Part shown: in pieces, positions 48,583 to 64,000 of the stretch | How positions within the stretch are numbered: position 1 is the stretch's first letter | Layout of the letters: each line of letters starts with the position of its first letter | NCBI GenBank assembly: GCA_001949185.1 | Contig: BDGG01000006.1 | Coordinates: forward strand, 974,827-1,038,826 | DNA length: 64,000 nucleotides | Reading direction: 5' to 3' | Origin: Ramazzottius varieornatus | Lineage: Eukaryota; Animalia; Tardigrada | Notes under the pieces: model-generated | The model's input: only the letters and a program-made list of their open reading frames with translations | Told to the model about the DNA's origin: nothing | Database searches by the model: none | Translations under genes and position numbers: made by a program

Positions 48583-51500
48583 ATGACCAGCAAAGTTTCA
48601 AGATGGCTCAGCGAATTTTGCGGCAAGCTGACCAGGAAGAAGGTGATCTCGGGCGATATGATGGAAACACCTTTGAAGCGATACTTTGGCACCTGGGATC
48701 TGACGCTCTTCGGCATCGGGCAGATGATCGGTGGTGGCATTTATGTTCTCAGCGGTAAGTGCTACACTTGCAGTCTTATTTCTGACCCAGAAAGGGTTTG
48801 AACTGTTCTTGAACGTCTTGAAATGGTCTTGAAATCGTTGGACGTCAATGGCGCATCTTCAAGGGTTGCGTAACAGTTGATGTGCGCCGCTTGGTCAGGG
48901 TGTGTCACCACATGGCGGCCCATTGGCGGGCAAACACATGTTTTGGAACTTACGCATTTCGTGGTAGGTTTGAACGTTGGGTTGCGTCATTGATTATGGG
49001 TGAGCAGCATGGACTGGGCGTGGCTCCTAAACCGTCCACTTACAGCGGCGCATTTCACGCCCAATTTAGCTGCTGTGATGCGCTACTTGATCAGGGTGGC
49101 CAGCATATGGTGTCAAAGTAGCGCATCATACCGTGGTTTTCGCTGCTGAAATGCGCTACATGAACAGAGTTGGTTGCCTTATTGGGCGCATTGTAAAGCC
49201 TGATCCATAAGGGATGAGTTACGGAATGAATTATGTTTCTAGAATCTGTCTTCGGTTGCAATAAATTTGCACACAGTAAGTTTTATCTATCTTCAGGAAC
49301 GGTGGGAAGAGAGATCGCCGGTCCAAGTATCGTCTTAGCCATGCTGATGGCAGGAGTTGTCGCCATGTTGTCTTCTCTCTGCTACGCTGAGTTCGCCGCC
49401 AGAATACCAAAAACCGGGTCAGCTTATCTCTTTGGCTACGTATGTTTAACTTTCTTGCTCCCTCAAAGTCATTCCTACCACTTTACGAAATCAAAATTGT
49501 TTCCCAGCTCTTTCATCACTGTCTGAAATCTCATTAGTGATCTCTTCGCAGGTGACGATGGGAGAACTTGTTGCATTTGTCATCGCGTGGCAGATGGTCC
49601 TCGAGAACATGATCGGTAATTCTTCGCTTGGCTGAATTAGTTTCACAATTTGATTGACCTTCCAAAAATAGCTCCGTGCTGTTCAAGATAATCAGAAGTC
49701 CGTATACAAATCCGACCGACTTTTTTCCAAGTGGCGCGCCTCTTAAGCGTCATTGGCCGAGTGGGTGCGCCGCTGGCAGGAACGATCTCGCCGAGTTTCC
49801 AAGTGGCGCCCGTTCCAGCGAAATGGACTGCAAGCGTGCGCCACTTCGAAAAGCGATCTTGTCGAGTTTGTCTGTCCAGGTTCTCGATTACTCTCACTAT
49901 CTGCGGTATCTTTTCGACAGGCGCAGCGGCAGTTGGGCGTGCTTGGGGTGGTTACATCGACTCGTTAACGGGTAACGTCATTAAGAACGGCACCATTGCC
50001 ACGATAGGATCCATGCGCGGCGCCGGAGAATGGCTGGGCGAATATCCTGACTTTGTGGCTTTCGGAGTTGTCATCCTGGCTTGCGTGGCTGTAGCGATGG
50101 GCGTCAAACATTCAGGTGACATTTCTTTCCCTAACACTTCCGGTGGAAGTTGAGTTAGCTGTGAGACTTCAAACTTGTTTCCGCCTCATTATTTTCACAT
50201 CATCTGAGAAGGTGTTGAATGGGTTGTTTATTTCTTGCAGCTTGGCTAAATAACTTATTCACGCTGGTGAACCTCCTCGTTATCCTCTTTGTCATCAGTA
50301 AGTGAGACCCAGCTATTGTGGCGCAGTACTTCATCGCGGAAACTGAGTCCATGCTAATCAATGGTTTCTAGACTTTGGTCTTCGTTTGCAGTTTTCGGCT
50401 TCACACTCGCCGATAGCAAGAACTGGACGGTAGAAGGAAACGGCAAAGGCTTCTTTCCATATGGCTTCAACGTATGGCGAACAGAATCCCTTTCTCGACC
50501 CAGTTTCTGGCTGTCTAATTTGGGACCTCGGCAAACCAACCCGGCCAGGTTTTTTCCGAAGTGGCGCACATTTTTATTTGTACTGGTCAGAGGCATGCGC
50601 CCCTTGGGAAATCCGATCTTATTGTATTAATATTCCCAAGTTGCGCACGCTTACGGTGTTATTGGCTGAAAGTGTGCGCCACTGGCAAGAAACGATCTTG
50701 TCGAGTTTGTGTGGCTAGGTTCCATTCACCTGTAACATGTTTTACGATTTGAGTACGGTATTGCTTTATTTTCGGAACCTTTGGAAACAGTTTCCTTTTT
50801 TCAGGGAGTTTCCTCACAGTTTCCGTTTTTCAGTTTCCTTTTTTCAGGGAGTTTTGCGAGGAGCAGCGGTGTGTTTTTTCGCCTTCATTGGCTTCGATAT
50901 GATCGCAACAGCAGGTATCAAAAACGCAACCAGTGCTTTAATTTTTTTCTGCCTTTTGAGGAGTTTACTTGACCTATGTGTGTTTGTGGCAGGCGAAGAG
51001 ACCATCAATCCGCAAAAGTCAATCCCGATTGCGACAATGGCTTCCATGAGTGTGGTAACCATCTCGTACGTTGGAGTGGCAGCCGGTAAGCGGGAACAGA
51101 GGGTGGTTGTCGGGCACCATATGGTCTCGATTTTCCTTCCCGTCAATCGATTTCTCTTGTAACATGATTAAATGATGTTTGGGAGGTACGGGTGGAGCTA
51201 CTATAGCGTCTTGATGTTGTTAGCGTTGACGTTGATGGTCCCCTACACCAAGATTGACGTAGATGCCGCACTTCCGGATGCCTTCGCTCAGCACAACCTC
51301 AACTGGGCAAAATACCTCGTGGCCATCGGCGCACTCACCGGCATGACCACATCCTTGGTAAGGAGCGTACGCTGAAAAAGCCTAATAGAATGTGGTTCTG
51401 AATTTCGTAGAAAATCGTCGAAATTCGAACCCTTTTCCTGCAGTAATGTGACACGCTGAAAAACTTGAACTAGGAAAACAATGCAATACGAATTACGAAC

Positions 51501-53240
51501 GATTCTGAATTTTTTTAAGTACGGCGGCGGTCACGAGAAGCGAAAAGTAGTGAGCCGTAAAATTTGAGAGCTGGGTAAACAAATGTGACAAGACTGGTTT
51601 TCCAAGTGGCGAAGGCTTCGAGCTGGTAACACTGAAACCGTACTCCACTTGCGATCTCGACAGGATCATTTTTTCAAGTGGCGCATGCTTTCAATTAATA
51701 ACACTGTGAACGTGCGCCACTTGGGAAACAAACTTGTCGAGCCTGTTTGCCAAACTACCATTTGCGGTTTTTCCGATGTACGAGCTCTTTTTGGTTTTAA
51801 ACTGCTTTCAGTCCTTGTCAGTGTCCACACTTCGTGAAAAGAAATTTGAGAAATCAGTTCAGAACTGAAATAGCCTTTTTCCCTTCCGGTAGGTTGGTAG
51901 TGTATTCGCCCTGTCGAGGTGTATCTACGCCATGTCGATCGACGGGCTCTTCTTCGAATGGTTCGCTCGACTTCATCCGAAGACTCAAATTCCCCTTAAC
52001 GCTACCATCGTCTTCGGGTTCCTTAGCGCCGTCTTCGCGCTGGTCATGGAACTGCACATCTTGGTGGAGTTCCTCAGTGTCGGTACTCTCCTAGCCTTCA
52101 CCATCGTCGCCGCGTCCCTCATCGTTCTCCATTACCAACCACTAGAGGCGCCTAGCGCTGATGACAAGAACTACGGTAGCATCACTCCATTGGAAGAGAA
52201 CGCCAAGTCCGTCAGCCGACCGGCCTCTCCGACGGTGCAACAACAGAAAGACGCCTTGGCTGGAACACTCAAACCAAGGTCCGTTTTAAATCAAAACAAG
52301 ACACTTCAACGCCGAAAGCACAATGTGCAAACCCAAACATCACAGAGCACAGTGAACGAGGAATAGGAGTTGGGCTAATGTAGAAAGCAACATGAGCAGA
52401 AATACTGTAGGAAAAAAACAGGTCTACTTTATTGTAAATTTGTCATTTAGGAGGTTTTCAAAATAAAGAAAAAGTCAACTCCAAATTAAAAACGAATGAA
52501 GAAGGTATTGAATGGTCGACATGTATTTTTCTGTCTGTAGGTTCAAGTTTCTGAAGTTCCTGGATGGTTACAAAGCTGGTCGCGTCGTGGTCTTTGCCGT
52601 GGTCATGCTGGCGGTGTTCACCGGCTGCTTTTGTTCGACCCTCATTCATGGCTTTGAGAAGGTACAACAAGGCCAAGTGTGGATCATCGCCTTGGCCGCT
52701 TTTTTCGGTCTGGGCATTGTGCTGTCCTTCGCGCTGATTTTGGTCCACAAGAAGAACCATCCACAGATCAGCTTCAAAGTAAGCCCCAAATCGGCACGCA
52801 ATCATTCGAAACTGTCCTAAACTCTGGTTTTCTTTAGGTTCCTTTCATCCCTTTTACACCGGCACTTTCCATCTTCTGTAACGTCATCCTCATGACGAAC
52901 TTGACGACACTCACATGGATACGGTTCACCATTTGGTGTGCCGTTGGTATGTTCCACTGTAACGAGCTCTTATTCTCTTTTAAAAACTGCGTGGTAATAT
53001 TATTTTTTTCTTGTAGGTTTCATAATATACTTCTCCTACGGTATCCGCTACAGTAAAGAAAACAAGCATCTAGACTACAATACCATGGTAGTCTTTGGCA
53101 GTGACGCTGACAGTGACGCTCTGAGTTTAGACGGCAAGATCATTCGGCCACAACCCGAGAGTGTCAACACTATCTCGCACATCTCGACCATCTCTCCACC
53201 GGTCACACCCGCTACTTCTTCCCCCAAGAGTTCTCACTGA
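48583..53240 (+). CDS. Cationic amino acid transporter (SLC7A1-4/slimfast-like), spliced
   Basis: [104 protein letters not shown]; stop TGA 53238-53240. Confidence 0.93.
48846..49161. repeat. Variant N24-25 palindrome array, ~4 units (CAT intron 1)
   Basis: Left arms 48846, 48947, 49043, 49116. Confidence 0.7.
49729..49846. repeat. N25 palindrome, 2 units, 72-bp period (CAT intron)
   Basis: Left arms 49729, 49801; spacers 25, 24. Confidence 0.9.
50559..50684. repeat. N25 palindrome, 2 units (CAT intron)
   Basis: Left arms 50559, 50638; spacers 25, 25. Confidence 0.9.
51604..51722. repeat. N25 palindrome, 2 units, 72-bp period (CAT intron)
   Basis: Left arms 51604, 51676. Confidence 0.9.
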
Positions 53241-54350
53241 AGGACGAATCTGGCCATGTACCAGATAGCCTACTACCGACTAATTACTTGTTCCTGTTTC
53301 TTGTTTTAATCCTTCGGTCCGGTGATACAGTACCCCGGTATTCTTTTGGATTTTTTAATCACCTATGGCGAACTGGTTTTGACTCGGTTTTCCAGAGTCG
53401 TTTCCTAGTCAGTGAGAAAGAATCTTCGGTGGTTTTATATGGCAGCTTTGTGGTGGTGAATGTCGATTGTACAGTGAAAGTGAAAGCTGGTGATTGTTAT
53501 GGTGGTTGTTGAGTTGTTCCGTAAAATGTGCCGAAAAGTTAACACGGTTGAATTAATATTGAAGGAAGTTCCGCAACTTCGAATTTAGACGGCCTTCCTG
53601 CAGCGCCCGGGATGAGGTCGAGTTTTCAGCCCGAAGCACGTCGTGACAATCAATCGTTAAAGATCGAGTCTGTAAAGTGGCAACTCATTCCGCTTTCCGT
53701 AATCACGAGCAACGTTCAACTGTCTTTCTTGTGTATGTGCTGCGGAGGTCGAAGGAGACTTCCATGCTTTGATTGCTTGCAGCCATCAAATACCATAATC
53801 GGCTGAACCATCTACGACTGGGATGTACGACTGGACAGTTCTGTGGAGCATGGTGTGAGGAAAGCTTCGACCGCTGACGAGTATCATCCGGCTACTTGTT
53901 CCGCGACGTGCACAGCAGCGAAGATTTGGTAAGTGATCAAGAGCCTGGATGAAAACACCTCATCGGCATGCATCGAATACTGTAACTCGGATCGTTTCCC
54001 ATGTAGACCCTTGCGTATTTTCTGTGATCTTTCCTTTCGAACTCAGGGTGGGTAACGCGAAATTGGACGAAGACTTCCGCGTGCAGATCGAAGAATGGCT
54101 TTTGTGAAGTGGAGAAGGTAAGGGCGATGAGACTTACGTAGCTGGTACTCGTCCCAGGTCCTTCACGTGGAGCAACATGGGTATCTCACACTGATTCGAT
54201 GTAATCTCACGAGGCTCATACCTCGATGATACTCGAAGTGTAGATTTTATACTCAGCGTTTCTCCTTTGATCCTGAAGGTTTTATTTTACAGGCTGCGAA
54301 AGGGTGTCAGAAAAGAGTTGAAAATGCGAAGGACCTTATCGACCCATTCT

Positions 54351-55872
54351 TAGGGATGTTAATTAACCAACCGACGACGGATACATCCGGATATACCCGG
54401 TTAAAAGACGGATTGGATAAGCATATTAACCATCCGCTTATTAGCCGGATAAAGCTCTTAACCAACCGGATAGGATCCGGATAACGTCCGTATCCAACCA
54501 GATTTTATCCGGTTAATGAGCTTCGAATCAATCAGAAAATCAAAGCAACATGCTGTAGGTTACGAGCTGTAGTCTGGCTGCCGACGGGTCTTGGGCTGAC
54601 TGGCTCAAAATTCGTTTTGTTACGCAATGTCATAATTAGCAACCGCACCGGAAGTCAGCGTTAACTACTGTATCTGTTCCTACTGCACCGTTACAGTATG
54701 TCGGCTCCCTCCACTTCTTGCTTGCCAACATTTCTGATGGTATTCTTTAGCTTCCTTTGCCTTATTGTTTGACGTGCTATAGTCTATAGGGTATTGAAAC
54801 TGGACTCTGCAATATGGCCACTCGTAAACGCTCCTGAAATCGGCAGCAAAGCGACGAAGAGGACGATGGCCACCATGACGCTCTTCACGATCAAGTTGCC
54901 GATTTCGAGGCAGAACTTCTAGGCCCTACTACACCTCTAAGCACCTTTGAGAGTTTCCCGCAGGAACTCACTGCAGCGGACACTGTACAACTACCAACCG
55001 GAACGAAGAAGAAGGGTAAGGCGACACATTCAGATATGAACGATCACTTCACGAAGTCGGTTGGTAAAGACGGAAAAACCACAGCCAAATGTAACTACTG
55101 CAGCAGCGTCTACAAGAAGATGCAAGGAACTTCTAACTTGCACTACCATATGAAGAAAGAGCACCTTTCGAAACTGCAGAAAGCTTCCAAAGACAAGTCA
55201 CTTCATCCAGCGTTTCAAGCAAAGCAGAAAGACCAGCCACAGGTCATGTCAAAGAAAGAAACTACTCGTCACACGAACAACCTTACGGAATGGATCGTCT
55301 GTACTGCAAAGCCTATCAGCAACGTTGATGAACCACGATTTGTCAAACTCAGTAGTGGTCTGAATGCTAGCTACAAAATAAAATCTCATAATTACTACCA
55401 GAAGTATGTTCGGACGGTAATTAGAATCTGTTTTATCGTACTTTTGTAAACGATGTGAGCATTTTAACAGGTGCACTGTCGACAAACCATCCGGAGGCTT
55501 ATCGTCCATGGCTACAAAGCGAAGAAAGCCCAGGTCATTGAAGAACTATCTGCGGTAACGAGTCGTTTCTCCCTGACTACAGACATGTGGAAAGCAAGCG
55601 CCAGAAAGCAGTCATATCTTGTCATCACCTTGCACTGGATAGATAACGAATGGAGGTTGAGAAATGTTACTCTTGACTTTCGATATATCCCTCATAAGCA
55701 CTCAGGTGAAAACATGAAAGACCCAGTTATGGAAACTCTCAAAGAATTCAAAGTCGCCCACAGGATCTTTGGAGTGACTACAGATGGAGCGTCAAACATG
55801 ATAAAGCTCTTCGACTTATTGCTGGCTGATATGAAAACTGAAAGGTGTAGTTTTTCGAGAACCGCGCAGTGA
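54351..55872 (+). mobile_element. 5' fragment of a second hAT transposon (decayed, truncated)
   Basis: Begins TAGGGATGTT (hAT-type TIR) followed by CCGGAT/AACCAACC subterminal repeats; BED finger AKCNYC..GTSNLHYHMKKEH; FSLTTDMW, HSGEN, VTTDGASNM; early stop after the first ATG; no C-terminal half or right TIR seen. Confidence 0.8.
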
Positions 55873-57501
55873 CTTACTGTGTTAGCACGACCCACTCCTA
55901 ACACAGTAAGTCACATCAATAACCTTCAAACGACCACCAGCCGATCATTAACTCATCAGCCCTCAGCTAAACAATAGCTTCTATTCACGTGTTCGACTAG
56001 TCAGCAAGCCACCCAAACCAAATATAAACCCAGAACAAAACAACTCACGGCTGCGTCTCTGTAGCTGTACACTCGCGAACACATTCCATTTAGTCTCTCC
56101 GCGAGCCGTGAAGCTTACGCTCGGTCATGGCGACGCACTTAGATTCTTATCTTCACCCTTATTCGTATTTACAACCATTCGGCACAGCCTAGTTCTCAAC
56201 ACTGCACATTGAAGCCTGCACAGCATCGACAAGCTGTCTGTGCATGCGCTGCACGTTCTGACTGGTCCATTTGTTACTAGAAGGCCGACACCCTCAAGTA
56301 ATACAACTATCCCTTAACACAGGACTCACAGCTCCACAACATACAGCGCAATCCAGTCTCGAAAATTCAGTTTCACACTGGCAAATGGGATTTTTCTAGC
56401 TATCCGTCCAAGGCACCCAAAGGTCATACCACGAAGGGAGTACAATCTTAACATGCAGCTTCAGCGCGGAATTGGTACGTGTTACTTAGGCGAAGCTTCG
56501 CCGCCACCGTAACATTGCAGTATACGCTGAACTCTCTGCAAGTCCTTAAAAGAATGAAGCGTTCAATGCAGTAAATCGTGCCGGCGAGGTTTTTCAATGC
56601 AAATTCATCCATCGATTTTTCGTTCCTGTTCGACATCCTTGCTTGTTTGCCACAGAAGGCGGCAGTCTGTGACAATTGACAAAACTCCGGCAGAAGGCAA
56701 CTCAATCTTAGTTTCCGGCATCTAGGGAACAATAGACTGTTAACGGCGGAAGCGAGAAAAAACGGAAGAAAGTCTGCCGACGGTTTGTCTTCCTTGAACG
56801 ATTAACCATGGACTATCCATTTGATTCCGAGTCCTTCTTGATTGATGGTGTATGTCAAGCTCGTGACGTCACCAACTTCCGGCTGTCTTGCGTCTTGTAC
56901 GTGGATCTTCCTCGTGGATCCTGCCCCTTTACGATCTTCCACGTTCCGTTGAATCAATCACGATCCTCATCTCTCTAATTCACAGCTATAAGTTAATCGT
57001 TCGTCGATTTCCTTAATCAGCAGGCAGCAGCTCATGATTGCTCTCCCTGGCATCATCCTTGCTGAACCAGCTTGACTCTGCTTGAGCCATTTCGCGGCGG
57101 TTGATTGGATATTTTCTCTCCGTAAGTCTGGAGTCTTGGTATTTCTTGTTCCGTGTAGACCAACTCAGTGACCATTCCCATTTCACTTGCTTCTCGGTTG
57201 CGGAGGTAGATTGTGTAAGGATATCTCAACCCAACTGATAGCATTCTCGGTTTTTGAGTGCACAAAATGGATTTCTGTTCAGGGGGGCGAACATTGAAAA
57301 TGTGGGGGTGTGGGCGAGCTTGAGGGGGGCGTCATCAAGTTATGCTCAGCCACGTGGTGTCAGTCAGTTGCTTTTGCAAGTGGGACCACGTGACCGGTGT
57401 TAATTTTGGAATTTATTTCCGATGTTTCTTTTCCAGCTGATTATCATCCCGATAATTTCCACGCGTCTTCCCTCGGTTTACTCTCATGTTTTGCAGGTTG
57501 A

Positions 57502-59978
<2,477 letters not shown>

Positions 59979-61066
59979 TATCCTAACCGGGGAGGTAATT
60001 CACGTTTGTCTTTCCGTCATGTGCTTTCCGCTAGCCTCAAAATACATCCTTTTAAAGACGAAAAGTTTCGCGCTCTGGTTATGCAAAGCTTTTTTTAGGT
60101 ACGGAAAATACTCAGAAGAAGGCGAGACAACAGCAGGTGCGACTACGAGTGTACGATTGAAGATTCGTATTGTGTTTCGCGGTGACGTTACAAGTGTCTG
60201 TTCTGGAATTTCTGTATGTTCTTTTCGTCTGGGAGCATTCCTTTCTTTCGACTGGACGTCATACACTACACTGATTTCTCTTATGGTTTTAGTTTCACTT
60301 TCTCGTTTCATCTATGCTGTACTATTTCGTTACTTCTTTTGTATGTCAGAGTTTTGGCGCGCTGTGAGGCTTGTGTGGTATTGCGTTTTACCAGTTCTGT
60401 TCTGTTAGATTTATACATAGTGTATTCAGCGGGTGAAATTGGGAGCAATGCATTGGACGAGAGTACCGGGAGGCGACACGAGCCTGCCAACGCTGATCCA
60501 CTCACTAGACCACAGCGATCAAGTGTGCAGGGCATAATTTCGCTTTCAATTCGAATGAATAACGTACCACTCATTCGTTAAACGTGGAACGAGAAGTTCC
60601 ATCAGTGCCCATCAGTACTAAAAAGGCTCTTGTCCCATGTTAACTAGCTAGTGCCTAGTGGTCCTGATCACTGGGAAGGCGAGCGAATGCCATTGAGTGG
60701 TATTCCGATTAAACATTTGTTGTTGCCCGGATCAAGTTGCGCATTGTTTTGAGTACGGAGATTGCGATTTCAGAAAGCTTCATTAAGGGCTCACAAAGAT
60801 AAGGTTCGCTCGGTGGTGTAATTAACCTGATCATTTTGGTGGATCCGCCCTCTATTTGATTCAAGCAATCAAACCCTAGAGATAATCATAATACTTTGAA
60901 CGGCCTACTTCGGGTCTTTGAAGCCCCGAACGTGTAATTTTAAATTTTTGGACAATCTTTCTGAGAATGAGGGTTCTTTCCTTCAGCTGAGGCATGTTCG
61001 CAAGAAAATCAAGAAGCGCGTTGTGCGAACAGAAATATGTGAAGTTCGAAATAAAAATCAGAATGA

Positions 61067-61891
61067 TTGAAAAAATACACGCTGGGGGCTTTAAAGTCTG
61101 AAGTAGCGTTCAGTAACTCGTCACGGAATCCTCAACGTCCTATTGAAATGCAACTGATGGTAGTACTATTTCGTTTTGGGTGCTCAGGTAATGGTGCTGC
61201 TGTTGGTAAAGTGGCACGTCATTTCGGTGTATCAGAAGGGGCTGTCGGGCTATATACCAACAGAGTTATTGTGGCGCTGCTCAGCATGGAGGAAGACGTA
61301 GTTTTCTGGCCGGATTCTGCAGAGAAGAAATACATAAAGAAACGGATCTTTGAACAGTCAGCATTTCCAAACTGCTTGGGATTCGTGGATGAAACTCTTA
61401 TTGCTTTCACTAACAAGCCCAACATGGAAAGCTCGGACTACTTCAGTCATAAGTCAAGATATGGAATCAACACGCTAATTATATGTGACGACCAGAAGCG
61501 GATCTGGTATTTGTTCGCGGGATTTTGTGGGTCCGCGCATGACAACCGCGTATTCAGCAACTCCAAGTTCTCGAGGTTTCCGGATGAATTCTTCAGCGGC
61601 GGAGACTACATACTGGCTGATAGTGCGTACACGAACACTCCCAACGTCATTTGCTCCTACAAGAAACCTGCTGCTTTGCGGGAGGAAAACGAGCAGTTCA
61701 ACTATCGACTGTCGCGAGTTCGTATGAAGATTGAACACTGCAATAGTATGCTGAAGGGTAGATTCCAGAGCCTGAAAGGACTACGAGGTGTCCTGAATAA
61801 TGCTGACGACCATCGGAAGATCGTTTTCTGGATCCGGGCTTGCTGCATTCTACACAATCTACTGACGCAAGAATACTACAACCCTGAGTAG
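61067..61891 (+). mobile_element. PIF/Harbinger transposase (DDE) ORF, probably decayed
   Basis: HTH region VARHFGVSEGAV; GFVDETLI, GSAHDNRVF, ILADSAY, RMKIEH..MLKGRF, ACCILHN; no clean ATG start; TIRs not identified. Confidence 0.85.
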
Positions 61892-62244
61892 AATAATGAT
61901 TCAGAAGAAAAGCAAGACTCGGAAGCAGAAGAACATCATCCAGATACCCAAAGAATTTGATAAGAGAGGGGAATCAGAAGGAAGGGTTTGTTAAACAAGT
62001 GGTACTAGAAGCACATTGATACGTGGAATAACTATTGTTCAGGCTCTTTCTTCTCCGGCTGCTGTTTGATGCTCGCAAGTTGAATCTATAACAGGAGATT
62101 AGCGGAGTGCACTGCGCTTCTGTTCGTCTGGCTTCGGCTTCTAGTTGTTGTACGCTCAGTGCTTCCATGCGTTCTTCGAACTGATATTAAGCTGTTTTTT
62201 CCACTGCCAGCATTTTCCTGCAGGATAGTTCGCTCTTTTTCGTC

Positions 62245-63429
62245 TTACCAATCCAGCTTCCTGCTCTCATAGCCTTCCACTACCTCATCGTAGCTGAGGA
62301 ACTTCCTTTGTGTCGAAAAGGGCTTCTTGTTTCCTCTGAGAGTCAATGGAACCTTCAGCTCGGGGTTCTTCCGCTTTCCACAGCCTGCGTCAGCCTTGGA
62401 ATCACCATCTGAGGACGAAGATGAACCTAAAAGGACTGTTACTGGCTTCTTTTTTGACGTCCAAGCTCCAGGTTGTGCTGCCGGAACTTCTGGTGCATCT
62501 GACGCTTCGGGGGACGGAGATTGATCAGCAAACATATCGACTACCATAGAAGGTACGTCCAGATCGAGTAGGTCAGCTTCCATTTTTCGTCCATTGTCCA
62601 TTAAGAACTGCTCTGCATCGTCTGTCGCGTCCGTATTGTCTGCTGCATATGGCGTAACCATCTTGGGACTGTCACGGAATACAGGATGTAAGCGGCTCCA
62701 GAAGGGACGAGCTTGTTCCACCTTATCTAGAAATAAAAGACAGGTAATTGGATGAAGTGATGAAACTTGGAATTCTAAACGGTGTATCTCTGCTTGCAGT
62801 TAAAATTTTTAACTTTCACCACTTCACAACCTATTGCGCTGAATCAGTAATAAAATACCCAAAACATATTCCGCACTAATCACTTGATTGCTTGACAGGC
62901 GTGACCAGGCTTTTGCTTGACAAGCGTGACCAGGCAGTAAAAAAGCATGGTCAGCGAGTTGATTTGCTTGGACAGCTTGAGACGGAACATAGCTTTGAGA
63001 GTGATGATCTTCTGCTGGATATCGTCTTCTGTCACACCTTCTCCCGTTGTCCCGAACAGGGCACAGGGATCCCGGTAACAGCTCCCAAAGGACGTGAGCT
63101 TGGACTTCACGGAATCTACGGACACGTTGTCGATGCCGTTTGCATTCGAATAATCCACAATCGATCGTAGTACTGCCATCTTCCTGTTTTTAGACGTCTT
63201 CTTCTGACCGGCAGCCGTCTTGGTCCCTGCGCAACGCCACTTAGCCCAGTTGCCTCGCTCTTCGATCCACTGCAAAAGTTAGTCATGAGCGGCGGTGTTG
63301 GCCTATCGAAACTGTGGTTCCCGAGGCTTGGGATTGCGCTTGCCGGTGGCTTCGACAAAAGGAGCACTCGGCCCCAGTTGTACCTGCGAACTTGCTGGTT
63401 TCGCCCGGATGGGCTATAGCGGTGGCATG
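62245..63429 (-). pseudogene. Harbinger accessory (Myb/SANT-like DNA-binding) ORF, disrupted, convergent with the transposase
   Basis: QWIEERGNWAKWR..VKSKL..YRD..TGEGV; PFWSRLHPVF; acidic/low-complexity tail; in-frame stops and frame shifts near the 5' end. Confidence 0.6.
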
Positions 63430-64000
63430 CTTATTTGAGCATCAGGAAGAAAAACCAGGACGGGATTGAAGAACGGAAGACTTGGAGAAGGAGTAGGTTA
63501 CAGAAATAGCGTCGGTAAAGCGAAATAGAAACTGAAAATTTCGTCAGCTGGTGGGAACACGAGTCGCTCCGGAGTAGGTCGTAATTACACTGTCATGTCC
63601 CGTCGATTTCTTCGCGGAGAATTATCGTTGATTAAGCTGTTTTCTTTATTTTCTGATCTTGGACTGATATGAAAGAGCTGCCAGCACGGTAAGATGGGAG
63701 AGCCTCGGAGAAGCAGACAGTAATCGCTGAAGAATCGAGCGAGCTTCTTCACCATCTGTTCACCAAAAGAAACTTTTCCTGCCGTCGTTATTTTCATCGG
63801 AGGCTCGAAACGATCTCAGGATATCCTAGAATGCGAAGCTGGAGAGTAGAAAACTGAAGCAGAATTTATGAAATCGTTTTTGATGGAAGGAATCGGAACG
63901 CGGAAATGACGCATTTTGGTATTCTAGGGCTTGGCTGATTCATCGTTCTATCGCCGTCAGCTGATAAGACTGTCCATATCGTTACCTTACCCTTCAAACT

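Noticed and set aside
53600-54350. Coding-like sequence before, and at 55900-56750 after, the hAT fragment
   Set aside because: Multiple stops in all frames examined and no identifiable family.
60780-60930. Candidate Harbinger TIR (TAA GGGCTCACAAAGA)
   Set aside because: No matching inverted copy at the far end within the window; only a weak local match at ~60915.

Overview
Gene-dense, intron-rich eukaryotic (invertebrate animal) genomic DNA; the species cannot be assigned from sequence alone. Recognisable spliced genes, in order: CPSF6/7 (5' part outside window), a GLUT/SLC2A sugar transporter, GMP synthase, PINK1, a DUF1264/OBAP-like gene (family typical of plants, fungi and bacteria), xylosyltransferase, two COQ3/UbiG-like methyltransferases, a three-finger CCCH (TIS11-like) protein, tRNA-Ala(CGC), GPATCH1, a third COQ3-like gene, an EXD3/MUT-7/Nibbler-like exonuclease, a cationic amino acid transporter and AP-2 mu. 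Mobile DNA: one apparently complete hAT element (TIRs, 8-bp TSD), a 5' hAT fragment and a decayed PIF/Harbinger. The most striking unexplained signal is a palindromic element at 32 loci (30 intronic): AAGTGGCGCAC-N25-GTGCGCCACTT. Its spacer is highly diverged in sequence yet exactly 25 nt in 47 of 54 hand-counted units. Tandem units often repeat at exactly 72 bp, so the 11-mer alternates orientation every 36 bp. Exon boundaries were read by eye and are approximate.
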